A stretch of 32,000 bases of DNA from Limnohabitans parvus II-B4 (lineage in GTDB: Bacteria; Pseudomonadota; Gammaproteobacteria; Burkholderiales; Burkholderiaceae_C): contig NZ_NESN01000005.1 in assembly GCF_003063455.1 (NCBI RefSeq), forward strand, positions 99,506 to 131,505, in the 5' to 3' direction. Position 1 is the stretch's first letter, and each line of letters opens with the position of its first letter. Below, piece by piece: positions 25,057 to 32,000 of this stretch. The notes under the pieces are model-generated. The model saw only the letters and a list, made by a program, of their open reading frames with translations. It was not told where the DNA came from and ran no database searches. The position numbers and the translations under genes are program-made.

Positions 25057-25303
25057 TGCTCAAGCGTACTGTTGTACATCGCAAATGCAACCGCACACAG
25101 AAACGCTTGACAGGATTTACGGCTGCAGATTTGCCGTGTCGCTGCCGTGCTGTTCCGTTGCGTGCCGTACAGAAAAACAGTGCAGCTGATGCATGAAAAG
25201 TTGTACACCTGCTGATGTGCAACAAGGGTCAGTTGCAGTGTGGTTGTACCTTGGTGCGCCCTCGATAACCTTTCGGATACTTGATGGAAAAATAAAACAT
25301 TGT
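25057..25303. promoter_or_regulatory. Conserved arm, junction C/porin 4 (attR-like)
   Basis: GTTGTACA at 25071-25078 and 25200-25207, 129 bp apart. Confidence 0.55.
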
Positions 25304-26244
25304 TTGCTCTGGCTGCTGTTGCTGCCACTTCCGCTTTCGCTCAATCCACCGTGACTATGTACGGCGTGGTTGACGCTGGTATCACTAAAGGCGCTACTAC
25401 AACCACCTTCACAGGCGGCGGTATCAACGCTACTCCACGTCTGGGTTTCAAAGGCGAAGAAGACCTGGGTGGCGGCTTGAAGGCTGTGTTTCAAGTCGAA
25501 ACAGGTCTGAACAGCGGCAAAGAAGCTGCTTCTTCCATCGGTGACCGTGGCGCCTTCGTGGGCTTGACTGGTGCTTTCGGTACCGTGACCATGGGTTCCA
25601 GCGTCCTGACACCTTCGTTTTACGCTCGTGCTGCAACTGACCCATCTACAACCAACAACTACAGCATTGTCAAGTACGCTGGCGCTGCTCGTTTGGACAA
25701 CAGCATCAACTACACCAGCCCAGTTTGGAATGGTTTGACTGTGCGTGCCTCGATGGTGCAGAAAAATGACAACACTGCAAACAGCGCAAGCAAAGGTGCT
25801 AACGACATTTCTGCTGTGTATGCAAACGGTCCTTTGACATTGGCTGCTTCTGCTTCTAACAGCGGTTACGACAAGGGCAACTTCGTTGGTGCTGCTTATG
25901 ATCTGGGCATGGTTAAGCTGTTTGCCAACTCGGTAAAAGTTGCTGGTACTGCTGCTGTAGCTTACGTTGCCAGCAACATTGCTGACGACACAACAGCTAA
26001 CACAGCTGGCTCCGAAGATGTGGCTGCCACAGCTTCTGCCAAGTACACCAGCTACGGCGTGTCCGCACCTTTCGGCGCTTGGACTCTGCAAGCCGACATG
26101 CGCACAAAGAAAGGCGCAGCTGATGACACATACGTTTTGTCCGCACAATACGCTCTGAGCAAGCGCACCAGCTTCACCGCCTACACAGCTAAGACTGAAG
26201 GCGCAAAAGCTGCACTGGGTGCTGGCGTTCGCCACAACTTCTAA
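25300..26244 (+). CDS. Porin, full-length but start-less copy 4; candidate ancestral resident porin displaced from its promoter
   Basis: The frame is open from 25285, after an in-frame TGA at 25282-25284. It encodes KNKTLFALAAVAATSAFA|QSTVTMYG..., then GEEDLGGG, and ends GVRHNF. The nearby ATG at 25284 is out of frame (ATG GAA AAA TAA). High-GC host DNA follows directly. Confidence 0.8.
   Translation: MFALAAVAATSAFAQSTVTMYGVVDAGITKGATTTTFTGGGINATPRLGFKGEEDLGGGLKAVFQVETGLNSGKEAASSIGDRGAFVGLTGAFGTVTMGSSVLTPSFYARAATDPSTTNNYSIVKYAGAARLDNSINYTSPVWNGLTVRASMVQKNDNTANSASKGANDISAVYANGPLTLAASASNSGYDKGNFVGAAYDLGMVKLFANSVKVAGTAAVAYVASNIADDTTANTAGSEDVAATASAKYTSYGVSAPFGAWTLQADMRTKKGAADDTYVLSAQYALSKRTSFTAYTAKTEGAKAALGAGVRHNF
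25304..25328 (+). repeat. Candidate att core copy 4 (attR-like)
   Basis: 25/25 identical to 4173-4197. Confidence 0.55.
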
Positions 26245-26250
26245 TTCCCC

Positions 26251-26315
26251 GCTGGCGCAAGCCAGTTGAGGTTTAAAAGACTAAAAACCCACCGTGGCAA
26301 CACGGTGGGTTTTTT
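26251..26315 (+). terminator. Porin terminator module, copy 4
   Basis: GCTGGC-GCAA-GCCAGT at 26251-26266, where one G:U wobble is valid only on the + strand RNA. CCCACCGTG-GCAA-CACGGTGGG at 26288-26309, then TTTTT. Confidence 0.85.
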
Positions 26316-26338
26316 CTTGCCTGCATGCTGTGCTGCAG

Positions 26339-26572
26339 TCAGCAAAAAAGCTCATCGTCCTGTTGCTGGACGTTCAGTGTGTGAGCCGCATCAAACAGTG
26401 GCTGCCACTGCCCAGCAGCCACAGCCTCTTCCATGCGCTGCTGTTGAACTGAACGCCAGACCATGAGCTCAGTCATGGGCGGAACACTTGGGAATGTGCC
26501 CACAGCTGCATTTTGAGCAAGGTGGTTCGCCCGTACCAGCATTCGTGACACTGCCACCTTCATGCCATTCAC
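26339..26572 (-). CDS. Hypothetical small protein (77 aa), host-side; weak call
   Basis: ORF with host-like GC. I recognise no motif. Its stop codon lies at the edge of the homology shared with the element copies. Confidence 0.25.
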   Translation of the reverse strand: MNGMKVAVSRMLVRANHLAQNAAVGTFPSVPPMTELMVWRSVQQQRMEEAVAAGQWQPLFDAAHTLNVQQQDDELFC

Positions 26573-26623
26573 ACGCGGGAGGGTGTGTTGGGGGCCCTTC
26601 TCCGATGGCGGCTTCTCTCCCGA

Positions 26624-27598
26624 TTACTGCAGGGGTATGCCCGCCCGTTGAATCACATCGCTCCAGCGTTTGATGTCACTGTCCAGCAACTGCGCCAATT
26701 GCGCAGGTGTGCTGGCTTTGGCTTCGACGTTGAAGCCTGCCAGACGCTGGACCATCTCAGGCTCTGACAGCACTTTGGCCATTTCGGTGCTCAGGCGGTC
26801 GACGATGGCTTTGGGGGTTTTGGCGGGCGCAGCCAATGCGTTCCACGACGATACGTTGAAATTGCTCAGCCCCGGCAGTTCTCGCACCACCGGCACTTGC
26901 GGCTGGTCTTTGGGCCGCGACGCGCCCATCACCCCCAGCAGGCGAACCGCTTTGGCGTTGATCTGCGGCTTGAGCGGTCCCAGAATTTCAACCACCGCAT
27001 CGACTTGACCACCGCGCAAGGCATTGATCACTGCGGGCGTGCCGTTGTAGGGAATGATCTGAGTGATCAGATTGGCTTGGCTGCGAAAAAGCTCTGCCGC
27101 CAGGTGTTGGGTGCTGCCGATGTTGATGGTGCCGATGTTCAGCTTGCCCGGATTGCCCCGCCCAAAACTGACCAGCTCGGCCAGCGTTTTGTGCGGTGAC
27201 GACTCGGGGACCACGATGGCGATGTCGAACAGGCCCAGCAAGGAAACGGGTGCAAAGTCGGTGCGCGGGTTGAAGGGCAGTGTCTTGAACAAGCCCGCAC
27301 TCACTGCCGTGCCGTTGGACATCAGCAGCAAGGTGTGGCCGTCGGGTGCGGCTTTGGCCACCAGTTCGCCTGCCACGATGCCGCCCGCGCCAGGCCGGTT
27401 GTCAATCACCACAGCTTGCCCCAGGCTCTCGGACAGTTTTTGGGCCACGGCGCGTGCCGTCAGATCGGCCACGCCGCCAGCGCCAAAGGGCACCACGATT
27501 TTGAGCGGCTTGGAAGGGAAAGCTGATTGAGCCTGTGCCCAGCCTGCAGGCAGTGTGCTCAAAGCCAAGGATTGCAGCAAATGACGGCGGTTGAACAT
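26624..27598 (-). CDS. Bug-family (TctC-like) tripartite tricarboxylate transporter substrate-binding protein
   Basis: Start chosen at MFNRRHLLQSLALSTLPAGWAQA (signal peptide). Contains PFGAGGVADL and DNRPGAGG motifs, and the length is typical of the Bug family. Confidence 0.85.
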   Translation of the reverse strand: MFNRRHLLQSLALSTLPAGWAQAQSAFPSKPLKIVVPFGAGGVADLTARAVAQKLSESLGQAVVIDNRPGAGGIVAGELVAKAAPDGHTLLLMSNGTAVSAGLFKTLPFNPRTDFAPVSLLGLFDIAIVVPESSPHKTLAELVSFGRGNPGKLNIGTINIGSTQHLAAELFRSQANLITQIIPYNGTPAVINALRGGQVDAVVEILGPLKPQINAKAVRLLGVMGASRPKDQPQVPVVRELPGLSNFNVSSWNALAAPAKTPKAIVDRLSTEMAKVLSEPEMVQRLAGFNVEAKASTPAQLAQLLDSDIKRWSDVIQRAGIPLQ

Positions 27599-27693
27599 GG
27601 AGATGCTTCCAGAATGAATAAATTGAAAAATGAATGAAAATTGATATTCAATGCAAGACGCCATTGTCTTGCATCGGTGTTGAGGGAGCATTC

Positions 27694-28449
27694 ATGGTTT
27701 TTACGGGGTCATGGGGCTGGAGTGCTGTAGGCGTGCTGTGCCTTGCTGTTCTGAGCGGATGCGCCAGCCATGGCGTAAGTGATAGAGCGTCTGTACCTGA
27801 GGCTTCGATGCCAGCGTCAGGCGGCTTGCATTTTCGCCCGCAAGACAAAGCGCAATGGGAGGCAGTGTCTTTGCCCGGCAAGTTGCGCACAGCGTTCAAG
27901 CTGGAAAAACATGGCCATCGCCACGCGCTGCAAGCCCATGCGCAATCCTCGGCCAGCTTGATGCGACAGCGCGTGAATGTGGCACCAGAGAAGTTGGGGC
28001 GTCTGCAGTTTGAGTGGCAAGTGGACAACCTGATGCCTGGCGCTGACATGGCCGAGTCGGGGCGTGGTGATTCCCCGGTGCGTTTGATTTTGGCCTTTGA
28101 CGGCGACCGCAGCCGTTTTTCAGCCAAGAATGCCATGCTCAGTGACTTGACCGAAGCGCTCACAGGCGAGCCATTGCCCTACGCCACCTTGATGTATGTG
28201 TGGTCCAACCACCACCCGATAGATTCGGTCATCGTCAACCCGCGCACCGACCGTGTGCGGAAAATGGTGGTCGAGTCTGGCGGCGCCAGACTCAAACAGT
28301 GGCTGTTATACCAACGCGATGTAAAGGCTGATTTTGAAAAAGCGTTTGGCGAAGCGCCCGGCGCTTTGGTGGGGGTGGCCATCATGACCGACTCTGACAA
28401 CACCCGCAGCAATGTGCGGGCTTGGTACGGCGACATCCGTTTCGACTGA
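27694..28449 (+). CDS. DUF3047-family protein, probable lipoprotein
   Basis: GAGGGAG RBS then ATG at 27694. Lipobox LSGC. SASLMRQRV, SPVRLILAFDGD and LMYVWSN blocks as I remember them for DUF3047. Confidence 0.6.
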   Translation: MVFTGSWGWSAVGVLCLAVLSGCASHGVSDRASVPEASMPASGGLHFRPQDKAQWEAVSLPGKLRTAFKLEKHGHRHALQAHAQSSASLMRQRVNVAPEKLGRLQFEWQVDNLMPGADMAESGRGDSPVRLILAFDGDRSRFSAKNAMLSDLTEALTGEPLPYATLMYVWSNHHPIDSVIVNPRTDRVRKMVVESGGARLKQWLLYQRDVKADFEKAFGEAPGALVGVAIMTDSDNTRSNVRAWYGDIRFD

Positions 28450-28568
28450 AATCGCACCAGTCTTGTGCGCGACACCTGATTTGGGGGAATTCCCTCTCCC
28501 TGACGCGGGCGTGAATGTTGCATAGTGTTCACCTTTGAACAACACAATTCACGATCAAGGTGACTTTG

Positions 28569-30176
28569 ATGAAGAATGCTTCAAGTTTGACGATTCGCAC
28601 CAGTGCGCTGGTGCTGTCTTTGGGTTTGGCTGGCCTGATGGCGGCCACGGCGGTACAGGCCAAACCCTTCAAATGGTCCAGCGCCAGCGACATCCCGACG
28701 CTCGACATCCATTCGCAAAACAACGCATTGGGCAATGGCGTGCACGCGGCCATTTTTGACTCGCTGGTGTACTACAACAGCAAAACTTTCAAGGTCGAGC
28801 CGAAATTGGCCACATCCTGGAAAGAAATGTCGGGCACGCAGTACCGTTTCAATTTGCGCAAAGGCGTCAAGTTCAGCGACGGCTCGGCCCTGACGGCCGA
28901 CGATGTGGTGTTTTCTCTGGAGCGTGCCCGCGCCAAGACTTCCAACTTCAACGTCTACACCCAAGGCTTCAGCAAAGTGGTGAAGGTGGACGCCAACACG
29001 GTCGACATCCTCTTGAGTGGCCCCAATCCGGTGCTGCTGAACCAGCTGACCGAGTTGCGCATCATGAGCAAGGCCTGGGCAGAAAAGAACAAGTCGGTTG
29101 AACCCAAAGACTCCAAGTCCAAGGAAGAAAACTTTGCCCACCGCAACGCCATGGGCAGCGGGGCGTATATGGTCAAAGAGTGGCAGCCCGACCAAAAGCT
29201 GGTGTTGGTGAAAAACCCCAACTGGTGGGGTTGGGCAGATGCTGCCACCAACGTGACCGAGGTGATCTACACGCCTATCAAAAACGAGGCCACACGCGCT
29301 GCGGCTTTGTTGTCGGGTGAAATCGATTTTGTGCTGGACCCCAGCCCTCAAGACCTGGGCCGCATGCGAACCAACGCCAATCTGAAGGTGATTGATGGGG
29401 TAGAGAACCGCACCATCTTTTTGGGCATGGACCAAAACCGTGCCGAGTTGCCCGGCTCCAACGTCAAGGGCAAAAACCCGCTCAAGGACGTGAAAGTGCG
29501 CAAAGCGCTTTACCAGGCGATCGACATTGACACCATCCACCGCGTGACCATGCGCGGCTTGTCACAAAACACGGGGGCACTGGTGGCACCTCAGGTCAAT
29601 GGCTGGACCGAAGGGGTGAACAAGCGTTTCCCGTATTCGCAAGAAGATGCCAAAAAACTGTTGGCCGAAGCCGGTTACCCGCAAGGTTTTGAAGTCGACT
29701 TTGCTTGCCCCAACAACCGCTATATCAACGACGAAGAAATCTGCCAAGCCATCACCGCCATGTGGGCCAAAGTGGGTGTCAAAGCCAAGCTGCGCACGCT
29801 GCCGTTGGTGACTTATTTCCCCATGATTCAGCGCTACGAAGCCAGTATTTACATGCTGGGATGGGGCGTGCCCACTTTTGACGGCTTGTACAGCCTGCAA
29901 TCGCTGGTGCGCACCGTGGGCACCGGGGGTGACGGCAACTACAACGTGGGCCGCTACACCAACCAGCGCATGGACTATGTGGTGGACCGCATCAAGACCG
30001 AAACCGATTTGCCCGTGCGCAACCGCCTGCTGACCGAAGGCCTGCAACTGCAAAATGACACGGTGGCGCACATCCCGCTGCACAACCAAGTGATCCCTTG
30101 GGCCATGAAGAAAAACGTCGAGGTGGTGCACCGCCCCGATAACCGCCTCGACTGGACGCTGATCAAGGTCAATTGA
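28569..30176 (+). CDS. ABC transporter substrate-binding protein, family 5 (peptide/nickel, DppA/OppA-like)
   Basis: Signal peptide MKNASSLTIRTSALVLSLGLAGLMAATAVQA. Length and motifs such as FKLRKGVKFSDGS-like (FNLRKGVKFSDGSALTADDVVFS) fit the family. Confidence 0.9.
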   Translation: MKNASSLTIRTSALVLSLGLAGLMAATAVQAKPFKWSSASDIPTLDIHSQNNALGNGVHAAIFDSLVYYNSKTFKVEPKLATSWKEMSGTQYRFNLRKGVKFSDGSALTADDVVFSLERARAKTSNFNVYTQGFSKVVKVDANTVDILLSGPNPVLLNQLTELRIMSKAWAEKNKSVEPKDSKSKEENFAHRNAMGSGAYMVKEWQPDQKLVLVKNPNWWGWADAATNVTEVIYTPIKNEATRAAALLSGEIDFVLDPSPQDLGRMRTNANLKVIDGVENRTIFLGMDQNRAELPGSNVKGKNPLKDVKVRKALYQAIDIDTIHRVTMRGLSQNTGALVAPQVNGWTEGVNKRFPYSQEDAKKLLAEAGYPQGFEVDFACPNNRYINDEEICQAITAMWAKVGVKAKLRTLPLVTYFPMIQRYEASIYMLGWGVPTFDGLYSLQSLVRTVGTGGDGNYNVGRYTNQRMDYVVDRIKTETDLPVRNRLLTEGLQLQNDTVAHIPLHNQVIPWAMKKNVEVVHRPDNRLDWTLIKVN

Positions 30177-31156
30177 TGTTTGCTTTTATTTTGCAGCGGC
30201 TGATCCAGGCCGTGGTCGTCATGGTCACGGTCGCCTTCATCGCCTTTTTGCTGTTTCAGTATGTGGGTGATCCGGTGGTGTTCTTGCTGGGGCAAGACGC
30301 GACGCCCGATCAGATCAAGGAATTGCGACAGGGCTTGGGCTTGGACCAGCCTTTCTTTGTGCAGTTCTGGCACTTTTTGTCCAATGCGGTGCAAGGTGAA
30401 TTTGGCTTGAGCTTGCGTCAAGGCTCCAAGGTCTCGCGCCTGATCGCCGAGCGATTGCCTGCCACTTTGGAATTGGCCTTGGTGGCCGCCACGCTGGCGC
30501 TGGTCATTGGCATTCCCATGGGGGTGTATGCGGCCTTGCGCCGAGGCACTTGGGCCAGTCAGCTGCTCATGACGGTGTCGCTGCTGGGGGTGTCCTTGCC
30601 CACTTTCTTGATCGGCATTTTGCTGATCTTGGTGTTTGCGGTGATGCTCGGCTGGTTCCCTAGCTTTGGTCGGGGCGAGGTGGTGCAGATGGGGTGGTGG
30701 TCGAGCGGCTTGATGACGGCCAAGGGCTGGCACCACATCGTGCTGCCCGCCGTGACGCTGGCGATTTTTCAGCTCACGCTCATCATGCGTTTGGTGCGTG
30801 CCGAGATGCTGGAGGTGCTGCGCACCGACTACATCAAGTTCGCCCGCGCCCGCGGTTTGTCCAACCGTGCCATCCATTTTGGTCATGCCCTCAAAAACAC
30901 CTTGGTGCCGGTGCTCACCATCACTGGTTTGCAATTGGGCGGCTTGATCGCATTTGCCATCATCACCGAGACGGTGTTCCAGTGGCCCGGCATGGGTCTG
31001 TTGTTCATTCAGGCGGTCACGTTTGCCGACATCCCGGTCATGGCCGCTTATTTGTGCCTGATCGCGCTGATCTTTGTGGTCATCAACCTGATCGTTGATT
31101 TGCTTTACTTTGTGGTTGATCCGCGCCTGCGTGTGGGCAAACCTGGGGGGCACTGA
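30173..31156 (+). CDS. ABC transporter permease (DppB/OppB-like)
   Basis: 4-bp overlap with the binding-protein gene. Multi-span hydrophobic protein with the typical N-terminus MFAFILQRLIQAVVVM and the EAA-like loop TDYIKFARARGLS. Confidence 0.9.
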   Translation: MMFAFILQRLIQAVVVMVTVAFIAFLLFQYVGDPVVFLLGQDATPDQIKELRQGLGLDQPFFVQFWHFLSNAVQGEFGLSLRQGSKVSRLIAERLPATLELALVAATLALVIGIPMGVYAALRRGTWASQLLMTVSLLGVSLPTFLIGILLILVFAVMLGWFPSFGRGEVVQMGWWSSGLMTAKGWHHIVLPAVTLAIFQLTLIMRLVRAEMLEVLRTDYIKFARARGLSNRAIHFGHALKNTLVPVLTITGLQLGGLIAFAIITETVFQWPGMGLLFIQAVTFADIPVMAAYLCLIALIFVVINLIVDLLYFVVDPRLRVGKPGGH

Positions 31157-31158
31157 GC

Positions 31159-32000
31159 ATGGGCGCTTCTTTGCAATCGGTCTTGGGGCGGGGTGCTGCG
31201 TTTGCCCGCATCGCCCAGTTCCACCCCGAGCTCACGGCGTTTCGGCGTGACCTGCACGCCCACCCCGAGCTGGGCTTTGAAGAGGTTTACACCTCGGCAC
31301 GCGTGGCCGAAATGCTCAAGGTCTGCGGCGTGGACAGCATCCACGCCGGCATTGGCAAAACAGGTGTTGTCGCTTTGGTCCACGGACAAGGCCGCTCGGC
31401 CAGCAACCCGGGCCGCATGATCGGTTTGCGCGCTGACATGGACGCGTTGCCGCTGACCGAGTTCAACGAATGCACCTGGAAATCGGGCACACCCGGTCTC
31501 ATGCATGGCTGCGGCCACGACGGCCATACCGCCATGCTGATGGGCGCGGCCCGTTACCTGGCCGAAACCCGGCGCTTTGACGGCACGGCGGTGTTGATTT
31601 TTCAGCCCGGTGAAGAAGGCTACGCGGGTGCCCGTGCCATGATGGAAGACGGCTTGTTTGAGCGCTTTCCGTGCGAGCAGGTCTATGCCCAGCACAACTC
31701 GCCAGAAACCCCCTTGGGGGTGATCGGCATCACCCCCGGCCCTATGCAGGCGGCGGTGGACCGGATCGAAATTTTGATTCGCGGCAAAGGCGGTCATGGC
31801 GCACGGCCTCACCAAGCCATCGACCCCGTGTTGGTGGCGGGGCACATCATCACGGCGGCACAGAGTGTGGTGTCACGCAGCTTGTCGGCGTTTGACCAAG
31901 CGGTGGTCAGCATTTGCTCCATGCAAGGCGGCAACCCCGGTGCGATGAGCGTGATCCCCGGAGAGGTGACTTTGGTGGGCACGGTGCGCACTTACAGCGA
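31159..32000 (+). CDS. M20D-family amidohydrolase (hippurate hydrolase / N-acyl-amino-acid amidohydrolase-like), 5' part; runs off the right edge
   Basis: Open-ended, so absent from the track. Hand translation gives MGASLQS...FRRDLHAHPELGFEE...GLRADMDALP...MHGCGHDGHTAML...FQPGEEG. Confidence 0.85.
   Translation, partial: MGASLQSVLGRGAAFARIAQFHPELTAFRRDLHAHPELGFEEVYTSARVAEMLKVCGVDSIHAGIGKTGVVALVHGQGRSASNPGRMIGLRADMDALPLTEFNECTWKSGTPGLMHGCGHDGHTAMLMGAARYLAETRRFDGTAVLIFQPGEEGYAGARAMMEDGLFERFPCEQVYAQHNSPETPLGVIGITPGPMQAAVDRIEILIRGKGGHGARPHQAIDPVLVAGHIITAAQSVVSRSLSAFDQAVVSICSMQGGNPGAMSVIPGEVTLVGTVRTYS

Larger units (their letters stand above)
18473..25303. mobile_element. Integrative element C (about 6.8 kb), same module set as A except for the DUF6876-like gene
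   Basis: Bounded by core copies 3 and 4. Gene order is colinear with element A. Confidence 0.6.

Noticed and set aside
4173-25328. Shufflon or invertible-promoter style switching of the porins
   Set aside because: All four core copies and all four porins are in direct orientation, so recombination between them gives excision or integration, not inversion.
25117-26235. Long minus-strand ORFs inside the porin genes (372 aa here; also 18952-19752, 4154-4618, 4688-5191 and 11615-11875)
   Set aside because: They overlap ORFs with clear porin features (signal peptide, EDLGGG motif, C-terminal Phe) and give Cys/Ser-rich nonsense. They are shadows caused by the biased porin codon usage.
4157-26315. 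CRISPR-like or simple segmental duplication explanation for the periodic structure
   Set aside because: The period is about 7 kb and the units encode proteins. The porins are strongly diverged, with different lengths and loop regions, while the backbone genes are conserved. This is not what a recent tandem duplication would give.
28581-31845. Long minus-strand ORFs (319, 189, 392 and 246 aa) across the ABC transporter and hydrolase genes
   Set aside because: These are typical high-GC antisense ORFs, rich in Arg, His, Gln and Gly. The + strand products have clear family signatures.

Overview
The window has high-GC core chromosome on both sides (about 1-3900 and 26320-32000). The left flank carries a TonB-dependent receptor, an OsmC-like protein, an AAA ATPase and coq7. 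The right flank carries a Bug/TctC binding protein, a DUF3047 protein, a peptide-type ABC binding protein and permease, and an M20 amidohydrolase. The gene content looks Burkholderiales/Comamonadaceae-like, which is inference only.

Between the flanks lies about 21.1 kb of visibly lower-GC DNA with A-ending codons (4173-25303). It resolves into three tandem, related but mosaic elements of about 7 kb (A 4173-11183, B 11184-18472, C 18473-25303).

Each element begins inside the signal-peptide codons of an Omp32-type porin ORF. The order is then: a conserved double-hairpin terminator, a small coiled-coil/basic-tail protein, a variable module, a FimB/FimE-sized tyrosine recombinase, a conserved 147-aa protein, and a large tyrosine integrase on the minus strand. 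Each element ends in a conserved ~243-bp arm that abuts the next porin.

Only the first porin (4157-5200) has a promoter region, RBS, ATG and a Lys-rich signal-peptide start. The other three porins (about 11180, 18466 and 25300 onward) are full-length and uninterrupted. However, they lack an in-frame ATG and have an in-frame stop just upstream. They share a direct-repeat core, TTGCTCTGGCTG, with the expressed copy.

My leading interpretation is a promoter-hijacking porin-replacement or porin-cassette system driven by site-specific recombination, and I do not recognise it as a described system. Secondary points of interest:
- a ~400-nt hairpin-rich noncoding element with compensatory changes between its two copies
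- a minimal family-A-polymerase-like protein in element B
- divergent, apparently leaderless small-gene switches

I saw no tRNA, rRNA or CRISPR array.
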